A DNA stretch of 26,322 nt from Vitrella brassicaformis CCMP3155 (GCA_001179505.1 CDMY01000730.1:1-26322); one strand, 5' to 3'. Shown: positions 1 to 10,670, numbered from the stretch's first letter. Notes: a model not told the origin generated them from the sequence alone. Translations and numbers: made by a program.

Positions 1-166
1 TCTGCGTGCTGATGGGACTGTATTTGTATGAGTATCACGGACACACAGACGAGTGTTACGGTTAATGACAGTTTCCACATCGCCAACACTCTGAGTTAGA
101 GCAGATGCTACGTTCGTGTTTGTTCCGTCCGTGTTCACGGACCTGCTGACGACAGCTGGTCTAGGT

Positions 167-221
167 GTGACGCCACTGGCTACTAGTGACGCCAACTACA
201 GCAGGTGGTGACGCCAACTAC
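167..221 (+). repeat. Three short direct repeats of GTGACGCCA(ACTAC)
   Basis: Copies start at 167, 186 and 208. The last two share the 14-mer GTGACGCCAACTAC. Confidence 0.8.
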
Positions 222-363
222 TAGACGGTATCTGCTTTGTATCCCCTATGTTTCTCTCACGGATCTCGCCCGACGTAAGTGTGGGCACGCTTTATATGGT
301 TGCGTATGGTTGCCTGAACCACACGGAAGAGCCGCTTATTGATGTGTGGTTTCCGATCATCAG

Positions 364-1413
364 GGGAAGCGACAGTTTGAGGCCATAGCGTCCAAGATAG
401 ATGAGGATGACCGCCGGCTCGTACGCATCAAGGAGCTGCGCAAGTCGGTGCGTGATTCACGGGACAGCCTGGAGAAGAGGGCTCTGCGTCTGGCCGAGGA
501 CCAGCAGAATACCGACGCCCGAATGCGGACGACCGAGATGACACTCGAGAAGTGGAACGAAGAGGCGACTGAGCTGGAAGGCAAGTTCAATGACTTCCTC
601 AGGCTGGCGCAGCGTGTGGCGCCGTCCGAAGGCGAGGCGCCCTCGGGTAGTGTGACTCTGCCGTCGCAGTACTTCCAGGACCTGTATGTGCGGCTAGGGC
701 GACAGCTGTGGCAACTCAAGATGCGCCTCAAGGAGGTCGACGAGGCCATCCAGATGATGCAGCAGGACGCCCAGGCGACCCAGGGCACCTGGCTGTCCCT
801 CCACCTCTCACGTATCGAGAAAATCTTCCGCGCACAGCACTACAACTACAAGCACCTCGCCGTCACCCTCTCGCGACTGTCCAAGCAGGTCGACGGCCTT
901 AAGGCTGTGGCCGCCCGCAACCCCCAGGTGGCCGACCTCCTGGCCAAGAAGGCGCCCCACGCTGTATCCGGCCCCCCACTGGACCTCCCACATGCCGCCG
1001 CACGGCAGGCTGGTATCCAAGCCACGCTGCTCGGGCCTCTCGCCGGTGCTGGATCGAGCCTGCTGTTCGGCCAGCCGCAGCCCCAAGCCGCCGCTTCGCC
1101 GCTCTTCACCAGCCCTCAGCAGACGGGAGGCCTGGGGGCATCCCTCTTCAGTGCGCCGCAGGGGCCCGGGGGAGGGCTTTTCGGTGCGTCGAGTCAGGGA
1201 GCCACCACCAGCTTGTTTGGCGCGTCGCAGCCTGCCAGGGGCGGTATCTTCGGTGCCCAGTCTGGCCAGCAGCAGACTGCGGGTCTCTTCGGTGCCACAA
1301 CCGCCGGCGGTCTGCCTGGCGGTGCTGCGGGCGCTGCATTTCTCACGCCTCAGACGCAGCAACAGCAACAGCAGCCGCACTTTGGCACTGCGGCTCCGTT
1401 CGTAAGAAGGTAG
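364..1413 (+). CDS. FG-repeat nucleoporin, Nup58/Nup45/Nup49-like; 3' exon only (upstream exons not resolved)
   Basis: Acceptor CAG at 361-363, then a long exon. It encodes a coiled coil containing LPSQYFQDLYVRLGRQLWQLKMRLKEVDEAI, which resembles the recalled Nup58 segment PADYFRILVQQFEVQLQQYRQQIEELE. A G/A/S/Q/T-rich tail follows with LFG/IFG/SLFG repeats. The TAG at 1411-1413 could instead be bypassed by a donor at 1402 or 1410. Confidence 0.7.
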   Translation, partial: GKRQFEAIASKIDEDDRRLVRIKELRKSVRDSRDSLEKRALRLAEDQQNTDARMRTTEMTLEKWNEEATELEGKFNDFLRLAQRVAPSEGEAPSGSVTLPSQYFQDLYVRLGRQLWQLKMRLKEVDEAIQMMQQDAQATQGTWLSLHLSRIEKIFRAQHYNYKHLAVTLSRLSKQVDGLKAVAARNPQVADLLAKKAPHAVSGPPLDLPHAAARQAGIQATLLGPLAGAGSSLLFGQPQPQAAASPLFTSPQQTGGLGASLFSAPQGPGGGLFGASSQGATTSLFGASQPARGGIFGAQSGQQQTAGLFGATTAGGLPGGAAGAAFLTPQTQQQQQQPHFGTAAPFVRR

Positions 1414-1888
1414 GATAGGTGGTTGGTAGCTGTCGCTTCGCTGGCATCGTGCCGTTGTCGGTATGCATGATAGACTGAATGGACCGACTGGATGTGTGAG
1501 TGTGGTACATTGCTGGCATACGATTCGTCTCAACTGCCCACCTATCGAGGTGGCTTTGTGTGAAACTGCCAGCGAGGACAACCAGTGTCAATCACTCAAA
1601 ATGAATGGATGTATTGATTATCTCCTGTATCAGACGTGTGCGATGAAGAATGTCTAATATGACTCACCCAACCCGCACCAATGCATGATGTGTACGTATG
1701 TGCACACGTGCATCATATCATGAAAGGGTGTGTCGCCCCGCTACGTTCCCTCGCTCTCGAGCACGCCACGCCATCGTTGGCTCACTGGCTTGATGAGCAG
1801 AGAGAAAAAAAGAAACGTAAAGGCGCACACCACAACAACAACACCGCCACTGTACACACAGAAAGTGACACCTCTACTGACAGCAGCC

Positions 1889-2186
1889 CCCACACCCTTT
1901 CTTGTCTCCCCGTGCCGTTTCGGTGTCGCCGCTTTCCCCTCCTCCACACTCGATCAGGCCACGCAGACACACACTCGTTCGCCAATGAGCCAACGACAGC
2001 ACAACCTTCCCCGGTGCAAGGAAGGACAAGGCAATGACACACACATCACTCCCGTATACTCACAGCCTCACAACCCTTTCTTGGCTGCCTGTCTTGTTTG
2101 GTGTCGCCGCTTTCCCCTCCGTCGAGCGCCACCAGGCCACGCAGACACACGCTCATTGGTCAACGAGCGAACGACGGCATGACCTC
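1889..2186. repeat. Degenerate tandem duplication, period about 180 bp
   Basis: Identical cores GGTGTCGCCGCTTTCCCCTCC and CAGGCCACGCAGACACAC occur in both ~1889-2006 and ~2069-2186, with alignable flanks. Confidence 0.8.
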
Positions 2187-2492
2187 ACTACACTCAAAAG
2201 GGGCAGGAACGCTCACAACGCTCCCACACGCGGGCACAGAGGAAGCCAAGCCAGCAACCCCACCGCCCGTCGATGCATCATTGCGAGAGGGTTGCATACT
2301 TCCGGCTAGACTGACACAGACTCGGTTTCGCTACACACGACGAAGGAAGGCGGCGCTCTCTACTCATCAACTAACTACACAGGAAGACCTACCTACCTAC
2401 CAATTCATCTACCAGCCGCGACCACGCCCTCCTCACGCCCTACCACTGTAAGATGTACACGGGTACGGCCCAAGTGGTTGGCTTGGCGGTTG

Positions 2493-3292
2493 TCAGCGCA
2501 CGTAGTGGAGCCGGTATCGGCCGCACGCGTCCTTGATGGCCCTATCGATGTACCTGACACACACATCTATCCATCCATCCATCCATCGGTCGTCGAACTC
2601 GTCCGTGTCTGTGTGGGTGCGGCTCACATTTAAGCGTCCTCCCCCCCGGCTGAGCACATCTCCCCGCCCTCGAAGGCGTGCATCTCCGCCATAATCTCGC
2701 CCCGAGTGATGCCCTTCGACTGCACATACACACACACAGAATACATCAACCATCCTCTACGTGTATCCTCCTTGTGTTCTCGGGTGGGGGGGTGTGCCAC
2801 ACCACACACACCGGGGTTTTAGCCTTGATGGCGAGGGTCAACACGCGGTGCACACCACACTGGCGTACGGATGGCGGTGTGGATGGGTCACCTACCTTTG
2901 TCCATGTCGTTGGCGTTGGTGAAGATGATGCTCTCATACGGGTACACCACCTCCTGCGATACCCATCCATCAGACACACATGCATACACATGACCTGCCT
3001 GGGCTTCTTACGTCCATGGGTTTCTTGTGGCTGGCCATGTCTTGAGGTCCGAATCCACCTATGTGGATCTCATACACGTCGGGGTGGATGATGCCCTCCA
3101 GGTCGATGAACCGGGGCTCTTTGCGCCGCTTGCCGCCCTTGACCTCCTTCAAAACCTCCTGGACCACACAGACACACAAACACGGTAGATCTGCACGGAG
3201 TCCTCCCTCACGAGCCGTACCTTTCCGGCCTCGTAGTCCTTCAATGACATGCCCTTCTGGCGCGGCACCTGCTGCTTCTTCTGTGAGCTCAT
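2493..3292 (-). CDS. Small multi-exon hypothetical protein; 3' exon structure uncertain
   Basis: GT-AG joins give MSSQKKQQVPRQKGMSLKDYEAGK|EVLKEVKGGKRRKEPRFIDLEGIIHPDVYEIHIGGFGPQDMASHKKPMD|EVVYPYESIIFTNANDMDK. A likely last exon reads YIDRAIKDACGRYRLHYVR*. The phases of the last two or three exons could not be reconciled unambiguously. Confidence 0.55.
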
Positions 3293-3604
3293 GGATGGGG
3301 AGTGGAGGGACAGTTGCTGGTCGAGACGAGGCGAGAAAGAACGACGTTACCACCCGCCCCCCGTCTCAAACGCACGGCAGGCTCACGCAAGCCCATGTGG
3401 AAATGAGACCACTGTCCAGCCTTTCTGCAGTGGTATTTGCGGCGCGGGCCCTGCTGCTGTGTGGCGTATATGAGTCGCCTTCCACTGGATGTGGAAGATG
3501 CGGTGCGAGTCCTTGATGAAGGCGACTTTCTCGGGATCTTCCTGACGTGCGAAGAAGAGCTTCAGACGGGCCGGGAGACAAAGCGGTTGTAGTAGAAAAC
3601 AACC

Positions 3605-6600
3605 ATGTCTTCGACGAAGAGATCAAGCACGGTGGACATGCCTCCCTCTGCGGGGCGAACACGGCCGCGGGCAGGTCTTGCCCAGGTGTTCTCATCGGAT
3701 GACCTCATGAACGCGCGAATACAAACGGGTGAGTGACGATTCATCTCTCCTCGCTTCAGAACAAATGTCATGGAATGATTGCGCAGCTTTCGAGGAGCAT
3801 CTCAATGATTTGACTGATACGGCCGATCAGCATGTGAGGCGCCGCGGCAGCCACGGACACATCAATGTCACGGCCACGTTCGGTGATGGACTCGGCAGCA
3901 CAGACACGGCCAGCAAGTCAACGTCGTTGGACGGCAAAGGCAACACACACGTCCGCCCGCTCCGAGAGGAGCAAGGGAGCTTTCTTCGAGGGGCCTTTCA
4001 AGGTCAGGGTCCATGGAACGGACCCCACCTTGGAGGCCGCTCGTTTCAGGCAGGTCACGACCGTCGTCAATCTGGTGACAATGGGTACGTAAGAGCCTCA
4101 AAAGGCACCATGACGACCACCTTTTTCATGTTCATCCATATCATTGTGTTGCTGGTCCATATCATAGTGTTCATGCTGCTGCTTATTGGGATTGGCTTGC
4201 TGAATGCTGGAGCAGAGCGGCTTGAAAAGATTCCGCCAAGTGAAAGAAAGAGAGAGGGAAGATTCTCCAACGAGCGCATGCATGATTCTCTGTGTGCCCT
4301 TTTTCGATTAGTCTTCTACGATGGCGAGTGCCTTCCTCGCTTCTTGTCGATATCTAAGTTCGTCGAGGCCGATTTGCAGACAACCCATATCCGTATTGTC
4401 CACGACAACACACCGTCGTGGATCTACACGGCTTTTTTGGCTGTCGTACGCCGTTGTCGCGATCTGGATCTTCCTCAACCACACCATTTGGTGGCGATCG
4501 ACGGTATCAGCGTGGAAGCAGAAGCGATGGCGGCGATATTTGAAGTCATTCGAGTGCGATGACAAACTGAGTCACACGTCGGTGGCGCTGAGTCTCAAGA
4601 ACAGCAAGATCGTCACTCAACGCTGGTCTGAGGAGGATGGAGATTCGTCGACCACCGAGGAGTCCGTCACCTTCACCAAGGCGTTCCGCGTGTGGCTCAG
4701 CCACACACAAATGCGAATTTTCCTGATTTGGTGAGAGCACATTCAAGACTCGTCTTGTTCTTCTCTATCTTGCGCTTTCCAGGTTCCGCTACTCCGGCAT
4801 CAATGGGTAGAGGTTACAACTTCTTCATGTCTCAATGCAACTATTACCTTTGTGTCCCCTTCACATACAGGAAGCTGTACTGGATTCTGATGTGTGGCGA
4901 GGAGACTCTCGAGATGCTCCTCCAGACCTACCGCTCTCTCCTTATGGACGGCATCCACCCCACAACCGGGAAGGAGATCCCCGCAGGCCTCGCATACATC
5001 CGCATCTCCCTCACCTTCATCATCCTAATGCACGCCCTCATGTGCGTGGTCATGCTCCTCCGGCGAAAGCGGGGCTACGCGACGATCGGCAGCTTCTCTT
5101 TCGGCTTCATGTACTCGTTCCACGCCGCAGTCCACATCGGGGCGCTCGCCAACCTGCACTCTCGTGGCCCGATCCACTTCGTGGCGACCTTCGTACCAGT
5201 GTGCCTTGCCCTGCATGAGCTGAGGACACTGAACGGGTTGCTGCTATGCAAGGTGATGAGGCGAAGAGACCGACAGAGACGCAACAGATGGCTTGCTGCA
5301 ACTTGTATCTCTATTGTATTGGCAGGGTTTTCTTCTGTGGAAGAAGGTCCTGGACGACGTCGACGAGGCCATCACGAGTTGCCGCGTGTACTCCAGACGG
5401 CCTACAAGTGGCTTTGGCACACGATCCAGGTCCTGGACTCCTGGCAGAAGCCCCATCGCTAGTCTACCAGCCGAGAGGTCACCGGTCAGCCCGCTGTCGA
5501 CAGTCGATGGAACCCCCGCCAATAAAGGCATCCCACGTGAAGGCATCCCCCAATCCACGAGGGGACTGCGGCGAAGACAGTCGGTCAAGGCATCCGGTGC
5601 CGGCAGGAATCCCTCAGACGCGCTCCCTCAAATCAGTCTTACGACACCAGGGGATACCCCTTCGTCGGTTTGGTCGCCGACCGGCGCGGATATTGATGCA
5701 AGCGATGCCGCGTCCATGGGCCGGATGTGCCGAAGCGGTGGTCCGTTGGGGGCATCATATCCCCCATCCATCATCACTCCCAAACCCTGCCAGCTTCCAC
5801 ACCTGCGCCACCACACCCAGGAGACAAGCCTCCGAGACTCTTGAGGGTCAACGTACAGGAGGAACGCCTGTCGTCTGGGGCGAGCTCACCAGCCACGTTT
5901 CGCAAGGGCACCCCTCAGACGCGTGTCAGCCCCGCTTCTACCCCAGGCGGCATCCGGCCGGCCGTCGTCATTTCTTTGCCGCAGATGAGGTCCAGTGTGG
6001 CCCCGCCGAGCTCTCCCGCGGGGAGCGGTGGAGAGACCAAGGCTTCACAGCCAGTGTCGACGGCGAGGGCGACTCCGAAGGGCTTGTTTTTGAAGCTGAA
6101 CCCCATACGTGTGCCGTCCATGGCCATGGCTTCACGAAAGTCTATCGCGTCGGTGCGTACAGGCAAAAGAGGCGCAGAGAAGACGTAGAGAGAGATAAGC
6201 ATTTCTCTTGTGCCTTTGGCTGTGGTGTGCCTATGCAGCACATGCGCATTGGTGACCAGCTGGGCGCGATTGTGAATGTAGAGGACTTCCTGGAAGAGAC
6301 CGAATCAGAGGCGATAGCGCTGTCCATGAGACACGGTGACAGTGCCCACGCGGCCGCCAGCTGCAGGGCGCGGAGCATTCGGGCAGACAGCCAGCCATCT
6401 ACCAGTCAGCCTGATGCCATCTCGATGACATCCACAGCGACACCGTCACACGTGCCCACCTCGCCCGCCAGAAACCGAGGTAACGTCACTTTCTTTCCGG
6501 CAGATGCAAAAGGTATGCCGACATTGGAAGAGCACACGCAGCAAAAAGGTCAACCTTCCCTATGTGGGGCTTCTCAGGCGTCGAAAAGGTGCAGGAGAGC

Positions 6601-8533
6601 GTCGTTCAGACCTTCAGGCGGAGGAGTCTTGTCCAGCTGGTGGAATACATTTTGCTGCCGTTCATGGTGCTCCTGCTGGCTCTGGCGCTCGGGTATTTTG
6701 TGTTTGAGACGGTGCAGCGGGCGCGGGGGTCCTACTACTGTTACGAACGCAACATCAAGGGATGGGACATGTGCGTACTGAAGGTGAAAGAGCCACAGCA
6801 AAATAAAGTCTCTCTCTCAACCAGGCCATGTCTGTGTGCGCGCTGTGCGATGCCCTATCAGACATGGCCTTTATTGGGTCCCTTGTTCACCCTCCAGCTG
6901 CCGTGCAACTGTGTCTACTTGGACGCCAAGGAGCCGTCGGAACCCTCAGCGGACAGGCTCAATCATGCCATTGAATTTCTTCTCCACTCTCGAGGTACCC
7001 ACCAGGGTTCTTCGGTGTCAACAGCGCGGCATCCCGATGTCTCTCTCATCTCTAGGGGATTGGCTTCGGCTCGATGGATGTATTTGCGAACGCTGGGACT
7101 GGCGCATCCCCGGACCATCGAGCCGACTGATTTCCATGTCTCAAGTGCACAAGTATTTGAGTCTGTTCATGTCACGCGAACACATATGCAATGTCTCTCG
7201 TTGGCACGACTGTCCGCACTATCAAGCAGTACGAAGGATGACAGGACAAGAAAATGCCAACACAGACCAGTCTGCAGATACACGTTGCGCCTCCGTATAT
7301 ACCCACACCTTAATCTATTTACTCGCCCACCTGGCCTGCTACATGTACTCACCCACCCAGTACTCGTCATAATGCCACCTGTCATACACGGGCTGCACTG
7401 CGAAGGAAACACTCGGATGTCTCCTCGAAAAAGTTAATCTATATGTACGCGTCACTGGGGTAACGAGGATATGCTTGTGGCCTTTTGCCCCGAGATCAAG
7501 CCGGTCGTCCGTCCTATAATTCCACCGTGCAACTTTCGGAACGGCACAGACCGTTCCAGCAAGGTGGAAATTTGCACGGACGATTATAACGTGACATACC
7601 TGGGCGATTCCGCGGGGAATTTCACAATCCTTCCCCGATTCCCCATCAAGATGCTCAGAGAGACAGACGCACCTGCGATATCTCATGGGCGGCCGATCTG
7701 AACTACAGGTGATGAGGTGGGATGCAACAATCGCTTCTTAGTGTGTGTGCGCTTATCGGTGTGTCTCGGTCTTGCCTGCAGGAGGTGCCTGAAGGGCTGC
7801 GGAAGCTACAGAATCTCGAGTAGGGGTTTTGGTGTGGATGGGGAATATGTTCCGTCTATGTCTCTCTCTCTCTCTTCGTTCGTGTGCAAACGTAGGTTCG
7901 TGTTTCTGGGATTCAGCCGCATTTCTCAACTTCCTGAATGGATAGAGGACCTTCCGGCGGTCAGAGTGATCGACCTGCGCGTCAACGACATCAGCAGCAT
8001 CCCCCACAGCGTCGTCAAGCTTCGAGACGACCTCGACTGCCTTCTGCTCCACGCCAATCCGATCTGCTTTGGGACTTTCTTTCGCGACCCTTCACACCCC
8101 ACGGAAGTAAGCCTGGAGGATGCATGGCTGCATTAGAGCCATGTTGTCGCCTGTGTCCTCAGTTTATTCATCCGTGCGGCGTTGAGCTGACGGACGCATG
8201 GACGTCGGAGTGTCTCAACCTGTGTGAGGTCGCCCACAGCTTCTTCCTCCACCTTGACGCAGATGGTGACGAGCTCGTCTGCTTGAACGTCTCGCGACTC
8301 AGATCGCAATACGCAGCATGTGAGTTAGAAGCCAAAGCTCTGCGCAAGAAGAGGTGTCTCCACGTGTTTGCAACGCCCATTGCGTGCATTCAGTTAAGAG
8401 GCAATCCTTCGTGGAGGCGATTAATATGTACCAGAGTGAGATGGACGACTGCGCCTCTTGGTGGACCTTTATGCTGTTTGCTACCGTCGGGGCTACCGAC
8501 TGCGCCAGATGCGCTTGGGCCCTCAACCAGTGA
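3605..8533 (+). CDS. Multi-pass transmembrane protein with long S/P/T-rich loop, Cys-containing module and C-terminal leucine-rich repeats (roughly 15-18 exons)
   Basis: ATG 3605 with a 31-nt intron at 3729-3759. Hydrophobic helices: FFMFIHIIVLLVHIIVFMLLLIGIGLL, FWLSYAVVAIWIFL, ISLTFIILMHALMCVVMLL, YILLPFMVLLLALALGYFVF. These are followed by CVLK|TWPLLGPLFTLQLPCNC and LRRs EVPEGLRKLQNLE|FVFLGFSRISQLPEWIEDLPAVRVIDLRVNDISSIPHSVVKLRDDLDCLLLHANPIC. The last exon ends ...CARCAWALNQ* (TGA 8531-8533). One frame problem near 4433-4438. Confidence 0.7.
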
Positions 8534-8769
8534 TGTGCCAGATGGGGTTACCCTGTGGTGTGCGTGTGGGTTTCTGAGTATTTGTTGACATTGAGCTATC
8601 AGTGAGTTATGTTCTTCCCTGTTTTGAGGACTTTCTTCCTTAGACTAGGATTTGTCAATGGTTCGTCTTGTGGTCTTCACCATTCATCAGCAGCCACTCC
8701 GGCCGTGCGCATGAGGGGATGCGATGGACACCGGCTCCTCCTCACCGCGCATGACCGCCTGGCTGGCCC

Positions 8770-9148
8770 TCACTGCGTGTGCTGAGGATCATATGTCTGC
8801 AGGGCATGAACATGGCGGTGGCGTGGCCGTGGGGGGCCGGGGAGGGGTGAGCGCGGACAGTCTGATGGAGAGAACAAGGAGAGACATGGTACATAAAGGA
8901 GATGGAAGTTGGCAATGCGAGCGTATCGGTTCTTGATGTCTTGCATCTGCTGCATGAGTCGGGCTCTCTCCTGCTCAACCTCAATCTCGTGTTGCACAGC
9001 CGCGGCACCACTGCACGCATTCATGCAGGCAAAAAAAAACACACGGACGCCGATCAGGCTCTTGCTTTGTCGATTTGGTACTCGGGTGGGTTGTGTGACT
9101 TCGCCTTCGGCACCCACATCGGCATGGATGTCGAGACACAGCAGTCAT
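8770..9148 (-). CDS. Small hypothetical coiled-coil protein (about 3 exons)
   Basis: A phase-2 GT-AG intron joins ...KQEPDRRP to GAAAVQHEIEVEQERARLMQQMQDIKNRYARIANF. Start and last exon are uncertain. Confidence 0.4.
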
Positions 9149-9317
9149 GGCACACGTGCCAATGTCTTTGTCTCTGTATCCCTCCCTCTCTGATTCGCAT
9201 CGTTGGATTTACAAGTTGTGTGCGTGCGGATTCCCATTTTTACAACTGTGTAAACAATCCCATTTACGTTTTTCCCTACCTATACGGGTCCCACTTATCC
9301 ACGTACACACGGTCGCT

Positions 9318-10260
9318 ATGAGCGTCGTCGGCCTTGTCGTCTTGGCGGCGCTACTCGTGGAGGCTCTCGCAGGTCAGAACCATGTACGAATCCCACGTGT
9401 TGGAAGTCGTACATATACATTTGGCTGAGGCGAGAACCTTACTATGTGCGTCCGTGTGTCCGTGGCGATATGATCATCCTCTCCTGTCGTTTGTCCAGGA
9501 TCGAAGGGGTCTCCGTGCAAAGGAGCGATCGAGAGGCTTGGCAGCAGTGAGGGCGGATGGGAGATTCGCACGGCGGATGACAGACTTGACGGCCCTTTTG
9601 TGGTATACAGCATTGGTCTTGGTAAGTGACCGAGCGACCTTTTGAATAGATTCTTGAAAGAAGTGTTGTTTCAGCTGATGATACTTCTTTCGACGAAGAA
9701 ATACTGGAGCGCTTCGAGAAAGCTGAAGTTTATGGATTTGACCCGACACCAACTTCCAAAGCCTATGTTCAGCGACGCATCAAAAGAGGAGCGCTGCCTC
9801 GTGACCGCTTTCTTCTTTCTTTTCGGTCGGCCTTGGTCCCGAGAGTGGCCCAATGGATCTTGTCACAAAGAAGAAAACTGGTGAAAATCTCGTGCCCGAA
9901 AAAGGGAGTCTTCAGGGTCTTAAGGGAAGATTCACTTTTTTGACCAGTAAACAAACTATTGAAGTCGACTTTTTAGATTTAAAAGCGATGATCCACAAAT
10001 GCGGACACGATCGGAGTCCAGACGTTCTAAAGATGGACATCGAGCGCTGGGAGTTTGATGTCTTCGAGAAACTAATCGAAGATGGAGACGTTCTCAAATC
10101 TACATCACAACTGTTGGTCGAATGGCATCATCGGTTTTTTGAGGAAGGGGTCGGACGCACTCTTAAGCTGTTGAAGAAGCTTGATGATGAATTTGGTTTC
10201 AAAGTGATTGCTCATACGAGGGACTACCAGGAAACAACACTACTGAGGGTTGACAAGTAG
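9318..10260 (+). pseudogene. Signal-peptide SAM-dependent methyltransferase (Methyltransf_22/METTL24- or FkbM-like); frameshifted, so probable pseudogene or assembly error
   Basis: Exons 9318-9372, 9499-9621 and 9675-10260 give MSVVGLVVLAALLVEALAG, RLGSSEGGWEIRT, VVYSIGLADDTSFDEE, VYGFDPTP, VGLG and DVLKMDIERWEFDV...QLLVEWHH. The frame changes within the pyrimidine run 9808-9823; the downstream frame has TGA at 9802-9804 and no GT-AG pair is available. Confidence 0.7.
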
Positions 10261-10612
10261 TTACACTCCCTTTCTCATGAAGTCGACACGAACGCATGAC
10301 AACACCGTAACGATCTGTCCATGGCACCCAGACAATACAGTCCCATGAGCCATGGCCAATTGCCGTCGCGAGTATGTGCCTTGAATGATTTTTCTCACCT
10401 GCATGTCGTCTCGGCAAATGCCATTTTTTTGTTTTTTTACTTTTTGTTTTTCTATCTTCTCTAGTGTGGAAGTACGTTAACGGCAAATACCAATACAATG
10501 CCCGGAAGATGCCCGATCAACAGCGTCTAATAATTGGCTTTCGTGCGTTACTCGGAGGGCTCGACACTATATTCACAGACCTGTACAGGTCCCGCCAATG
10601 TTCGTCTCATCC

Positions 10613-10670
10613 GAGACCGTAGCTCCTGGGGGAGGACGGATGAGACCGTAGCCCCTGGGGGAGGACGGAT
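10613..10670 (+). repeat. 29-bp tandem duplication (2 copies, 1 mismatch)
   Basis: GAGACCGTAGC(T/C)CCTGGGGGAGGACGGAT at 10613-10641 and 10642-10670. Confidence 0.9.

Noticed and set aside
3388-3700. Protein-like minus-strand readings (MSTVLDLFVEDMVVFYYNRF; LKLFFARQEDPEKVAFIKDSHRIFHIQWK) suggesting a frameshifted gene
   Set aside because: They are in different frames, do not splice in frame to the downstream minus gene, and partly overlap the plus-strand first exon starting at 3605. Best treated as UTR or shadow sequence.
4085-4104. Possible 20-nt intron joining the alternative frame GAFFEGPFKVRVHG to the first TM helix
   Set aside because: Shorter than any other supported intron here, and the main frame is already open through this region.
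6480-6512. Apparent 24-nt intron plus 9-nt micro-exon (ATGCAAAAG)
   Set aside because: The frame reads through (RGNVTFFPADAKG) to the donor at about 6513, so no micro-exon is required.
10298-10372. CPWHP...C zinc-knuckle-like retroelement gag remnant
   Set aside because: Second His is missing, a stop lies inside, and there are no LTR, RT or integrase remnants nearby.
10613-10670. CRISPR-like repeat (29 bp)
   Set aside because: Only two adjacent copies, no spacer, eukaryotic context, no cas genes.
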